Source: Xylographa opegraphella (lineage: Eukaryota). Taken from it: a stretch of 64,000 bases of DNA. Below the pieces are notes generated by a model. It saw only the letters and a program-made list of their open reading frames with translations. It did no database searches and had not been told where the DNA came from. The stretch is taken from contig JALDZX010000015.1 in NCBI GenBank assembly GCA_022813865.1, positions 248,001 through 312,000 on the forward strand. The letters are read 5' to 3'. Below are positions 34,724 through 44,231 of this stretch, in pieces. How positions within the stretch are numbered: the first letter of the stretch is position 1; every line of letters begins with the position of its first letter. A program made the position numbers and the translations under genes.

Positions 34724-36692
34724 ATGTCCTCGCCCGATCATCCGGCTTCCTCACCTCCAACCGCGATTACCTCCCAAGAAGACGCGTTGACTTATTACAA
34801 ATCACAGTATGAACAACTGGAGGCTGAACTTGCCGACTTCCAAGCCTCAAGTAGGGATCTGGAGGCAGAATTGGAGAAAGACGTCGAAGCTGCAGAGAAA
34901 CGAGAGAGACAACTACAAGAGAAGGTTGAAAGTCTTTCGTTTGAGGTAGAGGAATGGAAGGTTAGTCGAGAAAATTTGCTAAGTTCCGTCGGAAATGAAC
35001 TAGGAGGGCGAGAAAGTCATTTTCGACATTACTTTTACTCGATAGGCTGACCTATCCAACCAGTCCAAATGCAAGCAATCGAAGGCAGAGGCAAACAGTG
35101 CTCAGAATACCCTCCAAAAAGAGATTACGAGCCTTCGGGATTCAAATAGGACTTTGCAACTAAAACTCCGGGACATTGAGGTTGCGAATGACGACTTCGA
35201 GAAACAGGCGAGAAACACTACGTCTTCATTAGAAGATCTCGAATCGAAGTACAATGTTGCTATTGAACGAGGGGTGATATTCGAAGAGGAGATCAAGGCT
35301 GGAGAGCAAGAACGAGAAGCTCTTCGTATAGAGACCCAACGACTCCGAGACGAGCTTTCAGATCTCAAAGTCGAAGCCGAAATCAGGCAAGACAAGCTAC
35401 GTTATGCGGAGGCAGCATCGGACCGGCAGCGCCTGCGGAAACCTACGCCGATTGGTACCTCGAACTCGAGACCTCAATCCTCCATTTCTGAGCATTCACC
35501 GTCAACCACGACTTCTTCGCCAACAGTTGCTACACCACCAACAAAATCAGCCTCTTCAGGAGCCTCAGATACGCCTACTCCACCATCTCCGCCTGTCTCA
35601 GACCGATCGTTATCACACGCTGGTAACACGTCTGCATACCCAAGCAAAAGCTCTCGACTCTCGATCCCAGGCCCGAGTGTATTGCCACGAGGAGGTCATT
35701 TTTCTGGCCGAGCACCTCGACATTCTCGTGGTCCTTCTGTGTCCACCACAAGTGGTTTTTCGACGCCTCAAGTAGGCCGCCGCACTACTCTGACTCGTCC
35801 CAAAAGCCGACAAAGCTTACAACCACCTCAAAGTCTCCCTTCGTCGACATCGCTCACTCAGATACGTGGGCTTATTGGTAAAATGCAAAAGCTTGAGCAA
35901 CGAGTACAATCGGCTCGCTCAAAACTTCCAGCTCCAACCGCGACGCCCCCAGGGACTTCACCGCGGTCTGGGTCTGCACTGGGACAATCCTTCATACCAG
36001 CGACCGTCACTGTACGCAGCCAGAAAAAGAGAAACGCGGGTAGTATCGCTGGCAATGTCCCATCGTCGTTGAGGTATGCACAAGGTACATCGGACTTGAC
36101 GCCAACTCCAGTGCAGCATGATAGAAAGCCGGAAATGCTGCCTCCGCCAAGTACGATGGATATCTGGCAGATGGGCACCGGGAACAGTAGACCAAGCTCA
36201 AGAGCGAGTCTATCATCTCGCCAGTCGATGGACCACTTGTCAAATGCTCGTGCATCAGCCATGAGTGGCAGTCGGCCGAGTAGCCGGCAATCGATGTCGA
36301 TCTCAGGGGCTCGAACTCCACAGGGTCATTACTCTAACAGTACCGCAAGTTCTGAAACAAGAGCAAGACCAAGGTCGACTATCGGCGGTAGCTACGCTTC
36401 TTTGCACAGTCACGGTTACTCCGCAAGTGTCAGCCAATTAGGTAGCTACAATAGTGAAGAAAGCTTTGATGGGGGGGACCTATCGACACCAACACCAAGC
36501 CGAAGGACGACATTGAGTAAGGAAGGCTCTAGCATACCGATTCCAGGATATACCAGCAAAAGGCAAAGTGGTACTGGATTAGGCTTGGGCAGGCGGATCA
36601 GCTCTGGTCAAGGCATGGGAGACATGGGCCCACCGTTAGACAGAACGCGACCAGGAGCGAAGAAGCTCACTGGCGTTGGGGAGACATACTGA
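34724..36692 (+). CDS. nudE: Nuclear distribution protein NudE/RO11 (intron 34961-35063)
   Basis: [87 protein letters not shown]. Confidence 0.95.
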
Positions 36693-36981
36693 AGTTAATT
36701 AGGCTTTTTGGGGCTGGTAAGTGTCCCAGTGCGCGCCCTCGATGGTGCTGTTACGGGCGGGGTCATCATGCGATAATGAGTCAAGATTCATGAAGCAGTT
36801 ACGAGTAGATACCCTGGGAGCCAATGTTATCGTCGCATATTCATTCTCGCAATGCGCCGCAGTAACGTGCGATAAATTAATTATTGATCTTATCAGCTAT
36901 GAGAGAGTCCAAGCAATGCCGTCGTGAAATAGCGGACGCAAGCGAAACACTAAGCGAAACGCCGCTAGTCTTGTCCAGATC

Positions 36982-36990
36982 TTATCTGAT
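36982..36990 (-). promoter_or_regulatory. SreA-type iron-responsive GATA element (ATCAGATAA)
   Basis: TTATCTGAT is the reverse complement of an ATCWGATAA match, ~450 bp upstream of the ferric reductase; further GATAA cores at 36871 and 36890. Confidence 0.5.
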
Positions 36991-37436
36991 CCTTTTCGCA
37001 TGAATGCGCTCGGAATCCTTTACATTCCTCGTTTCGAGGCGACGTGATGAAGGAAACCGTCGAACTCTAAAGCTGTGGTTCAGTTGACTTTATGTGCTTC
37101 AATAATATCCAGCGTCGTTCTTGGCGTAATGCATTCCCCTGCGGTCTCAAGCAAACTCCGGCTGTTCTGCTTCTCCATCAGTTTCAGCATCCGCCCTGGA
37201 ATTGAACTCATAAAGTCACAGCGGACCCGTCGCTGTTTGATGGCAGAGACTTGGCTGTCTATCTCTTGTCGCTGTGTTTTGTTTGTCCACTTCATTCATG
37301 TTCAGTAGTACTGTCTTTAGTGCCTCGTTACATTTCATCTTTCATTCTTTTCAACGTTTCTCACTTCCACGGCACAGGGTTTCCCTTCTTGACGAACGGG
37401 ATATCGAATTAAGCGGTTACAAATACGAGCACAGTC

Positions 37437-39581
37437 ATGGAAATGAACGGTGCTGCTATGATGACTGATACTACTACCATGGGTGATGCTGGAGACGTGC
37501 CAATGTGCGGCGATATGGTCGGCAATTATTTGACCACAGCTGGCTGCAACTTTACCAACACTACAGATCTCATGACCTTTTGGGAATCACTACTCGAAGA
37601 TGATACCTTCAAATCAGTGGATGAAGCATACTCTGCCTACTTTTGGTACGGTATCACGATTGTGATTGCCATTGCGGCTTTCGTCAACTGGTCGTACAGA
37701 TTCACACTTTCTGCAAGGCATGTTTTTAAGATCACTCATGAAAGCATTGTAGCTAATGGAAGTAGACTACGAGCCGCTGCTGTTCGTAGACCATTCCCGG
37801 CAAAGCCGAGCAATCTATATACGAGAATCGTCGCTACAACGACTGCTGTCGTTAGAGAAGTCACATATCCACAGTATACTCCTCTTACACTGTCAAAGTT
37901 CTTCACCGCTCCACCTACTGGTATCTTTCTACTTCTGAGTCTGTATTTCGGCTTTCTGGTTGGCCTAGAATTGATACAAGATTTCATTCCGGGAGCAATT
38001 TACTACCAAGCATTTGGACTTCGTGCCGGGTGGCTTTCCACCGCTCAAACTCCGCTTCTGATTCTACTGGTTGGGAAGAAGAATCTGCTTGCTTTCTTCA
38101 CAGGAATATCTTCGGAAAGACTGAATATCTTTCACCGGTGGGTTGCGCGAAGCATATGGCTCTACGGTACTCTGCATTGGATCTCTATGCAATACGCTTG
38201 GACATATTATGGTGTCTCTGATCTCGAGCATTCCATGGACCCTGCATATCCTACCGGTGAGTTCTGCCTCAATGCCACTGTTACAAAATCTAATCCAAGT
38301 ATTGCAGGCATCGCAGCCTGGGGGATACTTACGTGGATTAATGTTAGCAGCATAGGCCCTTTGAGAAATTGGCATTACGAAATCTTTGTCGTTCAGCACG
38401 TTCTATCATTCGTTGGTTATTTTGTTGTTCTACTCATGCATTTGCCGGTCAAGTACGCGAAGATATACGTTTACATCCCAATCGGCCTCTATCTGTTTGA
38501 CCGCTTGATCCGAACTCTCTTTTTCGCATGGAATAACCGTCGTCTGGGACGCGCGACCATCACACCGCTGGCGGGCGATGTCTCCAGAGTGAGAGTCCAA
38601 AATCTTGGTCTCAAGGATTGGCATGCAGGGCAGCACGTTCTTTTATCTCTTCCTCGTTTTGGCATTTTTCAGTCTCATCCAGCAACCATTGCCTCCACAC
38701 CTACCTCCCACAACGGTGACCTCATCTTCATCCTCAAAGCCCACAAAGGCTTCACTGGCCGCCTCAACAAGTCTGCTATCGCAACTCATTCGTCTCTGTG
38801 GGCTGTCAAGGAACTTTCCCGCCCATCAACCCCCTACGATAGCGAGCCGGCACAGCCCCAATTGCCAAAACACCTCGCCCTCATCTCCGGGCCCTACGGT
38901 AGCTCACACTCCGACTTTGCCTGTTTCTCCAGTGCACTCCTTATTGCCGGTGCTACCGGCATCACCTTTACGCTTCCTCTCCTCCTGAACATCGCCGAAC
39001 GCGCCACCACCACCAACCTCCCTCTTAAGCACGTCACCTTCATCTGGATCATCAAATCCTCGTCCTACACCTCTTGGGTCTCCGACGAGCTTCGCGCTGC
39101 CGTCCGCCGGATGAACAAGTCCCGCATCAGCTGCGATGTCTCCATCTACGTCACGCAAGACGGGGGCATGGCCGACTATAACAACAGCAACCGCGAGAAG
39201 GACCCCGGCTGCACGTGCACGAACGCTAACGGCTTGTGCTACTGCAACGCCAACGGGGCACCGCCACCGGTCCGCACCGAGGCGCAGCAGCAGCGCTATA
39301 AGCGCCAGCCCATGGCGAGCGTCCGGCCGATGCCGTCGCGGGAGAACAGCGCCGCGAGCAGCAATCTCATGACCGTGAGGTCCGGCCGTCCGAACATCGA
39401 GATCATTCTTTGGGAAACGCTGGAGTGCGCGGACGGCGAGACGGGCGTCGCTGTCTGTGGGCCGTTGGCGCTGGGGGTGAGGACCCGAAAGGCTGTCAGC
39501 TCCATCAGTGCGCAGAGGGGCGTCCACAAGGGGACAGGGGCGCAGGGCGTCTATCTCCACGTCGAGGGGTTCCATTGGTGA
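37437..39581 (+). CDS. Ferric/cupric reductase transmembrane component (FRE family); probable introns 37718-37765 (GC-AG) and 38257-38307
   Basis: GKKNLLAFFTGISSERLNIFHRWVAR, heme His motifs (LHW, QHVL, LMHL), FAD site QSHPATIAS, GPYG, NADPH site LIAGATGITF, VCGP, HVEGFHW. Confidence 0.93.
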   Translation: MEMNGAAMMTDTTTMGDAGDVPMCGDMVGNYLTTAGCNFTNTTDLMTFWESLLEDDTFKSVDEAYSAYFWYGITIVIAIAAFVNWSYRFTLSARHVFKITHESIVANGSRLRAAAVRRPFPAKPSNLYTRIVATTTAVVREVTYPQYTPLTLSKFFTAPPTGIFLLLSLYFGFLVGLELIQDFIPGAIYYQAFGLRAGWLSTAQTPLLILLVGKKNLLAFFTGISSERLNIFHRWVARSIWLYGTLHWISMQYAWTYYGVSDLEHSMDPAYPTGEFCLNATVTKSNPSIAGIAAWGILTWINVSSIGPLRNWHYEIFVVQHVLSFVGYFVVLLMHLPVKYAKIYVYIPIGLYLFDRLIRTLFFAWNNRRLGRATITPLAGDVSRVRVQNLGLKDWHAGQHVLLSLPRFGIFQSHPATIASTPTSHNGDLIFILKAHKGFTGRLNKSAIATHSSLWAVKELSRPSTPYDSEPAQPQLPKHLALISGPYGSSHSDFACFSSALLIAGATGITFTLPLLLNIAERATTTNLPLKHVTFIWIIKSSSYTSWVSDELRAAVRRMNKSRISCDVSIYVTQDGGMADYNNSNREKDPGCTCTNANGLCYCNANGAPPPVRTEAQQQRYKRQPMASVRPMPSRENSAASSNLMTVRSGRPNIEIILWETLECADGETGVAVCGPLALGVRTRKAVSSISAQRGVHKGTGAQGVYLHVEGFHW

Positions 39582-39899
39582 GAAGCGCACAGCTGGCTGT
39601 TTGCGCGGGACGGAGCGATCCGATGCGCTTGTGGGGGGTATTCCACTCGTTATGTATATCATGCTATGTCCACTGCGCCGGGATTCGGGGAATGGTGTTC
39701 ATTGGGGTTTTGATGGATATATATCTGTATATATATATGCCCCGAGCTTGTGGCAACACGTGACGGTAAACAGATTAAAGGCGTCGCTGCCTATTTCCCA
39801 CGCTAGCGAAGCAAGTTCAGTTCTGTTCCGAAGTTCAGATTTACTTCAAAATTATATTCAGGAATTTGAAACAAGCTACATGACAATAAACTCGTATAG

Positions 39900-40100
39900 T
39901 AGGCGGACGGGCACTCGATGGCGAGGTCATTGCCGATTAATCCTTACATAAACACCTCTACGATATTTCAATTCAAATATAACTTTATATTTCATGTTTC
40001 ACAATAAACGTTCTTCTTTTCTGAGTATTAATACTCAGCTGAATCTCCGTCTTATTCTCATAAAAAATTATTCATTATCAATAGTAAAGCCCACCGCCTA
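39900..40100. mobile_element. ~200-bp AT-rich MITE-like element with short imperfect TIRs
   Basis: Left TAGGCGGACGGGC, right GCCCACCGCCTA (rc TAGGCGGTGGGC); TA termini; internal perfect palindrome CTGAGTATTAATACTCAG at 40021-40038. Confidence 0.35.
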
Positions 40101-40190
40101 TAGGAAATATCGCCCCGTTTGTTATGTTAGCGGAAAAATCCGACATCGCTGAAAGGAAAATCCCATAATCACGATAGCAATTTGTCAGTT

Positions 40191-42278
40191 TTACTGTCCA
40201 AGAAATTTGATCTTCAACCCGCAACGATTCCGTTCAATAGAAAAGCTTTCATGCCAAGCACCTCCCCATCCAATGTTGCGATTTATTATGCATCGTTTAC
40301 CTAGGCGCCCCTGCCTCCGCGGTGGATAAGAAGCAGCTGGCCTGCGTTTTAATATAAAGGTACCACGGTCGCAACTGGCGTGGGCTTCCAGCTGGTGCCT
40401 TTGTCCACGGGAATCGTGACGCCACTTTTCGAACCGGCTGGATAGTTTAGTCCCCCAAAACTCAATACCGTTTATCATATTCATGTTCCAGGCGCAGTAC
40501 TGTGCGGTGTTTGTGAGCTTCTCCCTATTGGATGGATTATAGCCTGTAGGCGGACCGGAATGTTTAGCCAGCGCGTACCACGTGGAGTAGTCGCAAATGG
40601 GCACATTCCACGCGCAGGGCTGCGTCATGTCAAAGTAAATTTCGCCTGGGCTCACTATCGTGGGCAGCACGTCGGGTGAATGGTAGAGTTGGATGTTCAT
40701 TGTACTGACACCGAATCCAGGATAGCATTTAGACGAGGATTCGAGGATTTGTGTTCGATTCGCTTGAACTGTTTGGATCACGGATGGGAAAAGGCTGTAA
40801 ACGTCGTTATTGTATCCCATGACGGGAATGATTACTTGTTGGTAGTAACACCAAGCAGCACCATTCGCAGAACCGCTGAAGTAGCTGGCAAACTCATCGG
40901 CCAAGCTTTGCGTGCAGAGGTCAGACGGAGAATTTAAGGTGGCTGGAACGGACATGAAAATCACACTTTGCGCTGCCATGGCTTGCATGGCCACCATTGC
41001 CTCGTAGAATGGCTGTGTGGCGGTCCACACGTCAGCAGGTGCAGGCACGGCATTGGTACTCGCATCACCCGTGAGAGACCAGACGCCTTCAGAAAAAACT
41101 TCAAAGAACCCGGCATATGATGTGGTTGCCGCCAATGAAGCTTGATCAATAGTCTGTTGAGCTGCGTTTATTTGATTCGCAATTTGGGACATGAACTCAT
41201 CCCAAGAGGACGATTCGTTCGGTACTATAGGCACAGGGGTCGGATTCGCATGGCCGCCTACGTAAGCTTCCAAATTTCGGGCAAGGGCCTCAGCAACACC
41301 CCCAACTTCAGGAATAGCGCCTATGGCTCCATTGACAATTTCTATAATAAGGGAAAGTGGGTCGAACGTTGGGGATGAAGGTGGCGCTTCACTCGACCAA
41401 AGGCTATCAAAAATAGCGTGTCCCGTGAACCCGACTTGGGTGACGATTTTGTTCAGGATGTCGTCATAGTTCTTCATATAGGTTTGGTACATATATGTTT
41501 GGTAGTTCACCCACTCAGCGACATTTGTCACAGAAACCCCTCCGGCGCAATTCGTAAAAGTATCGTCGAGGCACATAGGACCATTGTACCCGAGTACGTT
41601 GAGCAAGTCCAGTGTAAAGTCGGAAGTTTCCTCATATATTCCCTGGATTCTGGCGACTTGTTTGAGGTACTGATCAATGCCCAAATTTACCCAAGCGGCC
41701 GGTGATAGCAGGGAGCTGCTTGCAAAGTTGAATTCTGGTTGGATTGCCTCAAGCGACCACGCATAACTAGCTCCGCCGACAATCCGCGCGGTATAATCTG
41801 AAGCGTTGAAGGTGTTGTTGGAAAATCGACATTGGTACGTCGGGGTACAATCATTGAAATCAGCCGCGATCTCGGTATAGACGTTGAATGACAAACACGC
41901 CAGCCATTCATCACAAATAACGGAGCATTGAGCTACCGCGACGCCGTAGTCGTTTGAAGCGGAAAGGGTACCGTTCGGTTGCACCAATACATCAAGGGAA
42001 GAGTTGGGAAGAACGAAATTCGCCAGCTCTGGCAGGGGGTAATAGTTTCAGCTCGCCGCGGAGATGTAAGGGTTTGCGGTAGGGATATTGATGGGCAGGT
42101 CCGCACCACCGATAGTGCAAGGTGGAGCGTTCTTTGGGCTGGCAACTCTTGGGTGAAAACGATCGGGAGCATTCGGAGCAGTGATGAAATTGGGAGTATC
42201 GTAGAACGTTGGAGTGGCCATGATGGGGCCCCATTGTGCGGCAACAAGAGCCAGCAAAGTATATAATCTTGTCATCAT
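40191..42278 (-). pseudogene. Intronless secreted Cys-containing protein gene with one in-frame TGA at 42048-42050 (pseudogene, recoded gene or sequence error)
   Basis: ORFs 42048-42386 and 40191-41987 share a frame: MMTRLYTLLALVAAQWGPIMA...ISAAS*NYYPLPELANFVLPNSSLDVLVQPNGT; signal peptide; Apple/PAN-like CSVICDEWLACLSFNVY..QCRF. Confidence 0.7.
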
Positions 42279-42485
42279 CGTGAAAGTACGAACAATGTAT
42301 TTGCCTAGATGCTGGATGCTAGATGCTAGATGCAAATCAGGCGCCAAATGTGCTGTTTTGGAGAGGAAACTAAGTTCGGAGCGCAAGCTGAAGATGGAAA
42401 TGAAACTGAAGATGAAATGGGAGCTGGAGAAGGAAATTTGGGGCGGATGCTGAGAATGAAGATGAGATGGCAGCTGGAGATGGCC

Positions 42486-42493
42486 TTTATATA
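42486..42493 (-). promoter_or_regulatory. TATA box of the secreted-protein gene
   Basis: TATATAAA on the minus strand ~210 bp upstream of ATG 42278. Confidence 0.5.
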
Positions 42494-42678
42494 CACATTT
42501 CTCAAGCCATCGAACTTACGGTTGGAATCCCGGCCACTGCGCTCAACGCAGAAGAAGAATACATGCAGTCACAGACGAGGTGTGAACCCACGGCGTGGAC
42601 AACGATACAGCTGCGGAACATCTCCGCTTTGGACAGGATAGGCGTCCAGCATGCCCACTTGATCGTGGTTGCGATGCA

Positions 42679-42735
42679 GTGAGAACGAAGGTCGCTTAAG
42701 CTGCGGTGAGAACGAAAGTCGCCGAAGCTGCGGTG
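42679..42735 (+). repeat. Imperfect 27-bp tandem repeat
   Basis: gtgagaacgaaggtcgcttaagctgcg / gtgagaacgaaagtcgccgaagctgcg / gtg. Confidence 0.8.
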
Positions 42736-43316
42736 TGGTGAAGGGGCCAAGTTGAAAGCTGTAAGAAGACTGAGAATAGGTAGTCTAGACTAACGCTTTC
42801 TTCGTCCTAGCCTCCGAGGAGAAAATGGTTTCTCGAAGCCACAAAGTCTTCGAAATCTGTGTATCCGACCGCTCGCGTTGTCGCTGGAAAACGTTTAGCC
42901 CCATGCAAGCTTTGACATGTACGACAGACCTCGTGGCTTACAGGCACAGCATCTTCCATGTGGCTTGCTGAACTCGAACCGTTTTGGGAAGTCGGATGCG
43001 AATTCCTTACATTGCACGGTAGGTGTGGGTTTGTTCGGGGGCATCGATCAATTCCGAAGCGATACGAGCTCGTGAATGATTAGGTAGCGGTGTAGCTCCT
43101 CGAAGTAACGGCCCCTCCGACTGTCTCTTGCGCTGTGATTTCCATTGATGTCGCGGAATCCATTCCCTCCTTCTAGAAGGCTTCGGCTCCTGTAGCAAGA
43201 GATTATACGCACGTTGCGATTGGAGCGGAAAGGCAAGCGCTTACTTAGCGGTCTGCCTACACAGCGAACAAATTGTTATATAAATAGTTGATTTGATGCT
43301 GGGGATACAATACATC

Positions 43317-43522
43317 TACTCTGGGCGGCAAAATGGCATCGACGGGAAAGAATGGGACGACAATTTTCGGGGTGGCGAACGATTGCCACCCAGGTAGCTT
43401 ATTATTTAGGTATAAAGGGGTAGGAATCAATCAATTATCCATCAATCAATATATTTAATTTATATATCGTGAATAATAATTATTTTCATAAAGTTTGGTT
43501 CAATTTTCTTCCGGCCATAGTA
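43317..43522. mobile_element. ~205-bp AT-rich MITE-like element with degenerate TIRs
   Basis: Left TACTCTGGGCGGCAAAAT vs rc of right end TACTATGGCCGGAAGAAAAT (10/12 terminal matches); TA termini; internal hairpin GGGTGGC..GCCACCC at 43370-43391. Confidence 0.4.
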
Positions 43523-43873
43523 CGATCAGGCATTCATTCATCCCAATTTACAGAAACGAAATCCCTGGACAAGCCGGGGAACCTCCGCGGACGACTCCGC
43601 TCGACGCGAACTGAACTTACCTCGCCCAGCGACCCGGATACGCTCTGTACATATCTCGACAAGGCTTCCGCCGAAACACTTCCCAGGACGTACTAGAGAC
43701 AGGGCAGCAGCAAGCTTCGGCTTCAAACACGCAGGGCGATAGCAGCACAAGCGAGCGAAACAGGGTCGAAAGAAGGAAGGAATTCCCATTCATGACGATA
43801 CAAGGGTATCTAAACATCTCCTTCACAAATCAACACGAACGCAAAATAAGAGCAAACCGGCATCATCATCTAA

Positions 43874-43889
43874 CCCCCCCCCCCCCNCC
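43874..43889 (+). repeat. Poly-C tract containing an ambiguous base (N at 43887)
   Basis: C13-N-CC, downstream of crzA. Confidence 0.9.
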
Positions 43890-44231
43890 TCGCCCACATT
43901 TCACAGCCTGAACACACAGGCAAGAGAAGCAAACTCGATTCAAAATGCCATTGCTTCCAAGCTCTCCCCCACCCTCCAAGCACAAAGCTATGGAACCCCC
44001 CATCTCCAACCCAAACAAAATATGCACACGAAAACGTCAAAGTCCACAAAGCCATCTCTCCGAACCAAGCACAGCTACCTGCAAAAGCCACCCATCGTGG
44101 CCGTCTCGACAAAAAATGGTATATGGCGGTCACATGACAAAAGATATGAAGCCGTTTTGGTCCGCAAAAACTACAAGACCAAAGCATGACGCAAGAAAGG
44201 AATTTATGCCCTGACGGGAGAATGCAGATCG

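Noticed and set aside
42679..42735. 27-bp repeats as a CRISPR-like array
   Set aside because: Two adjacent copies with no spacers, in a eukaryotic context
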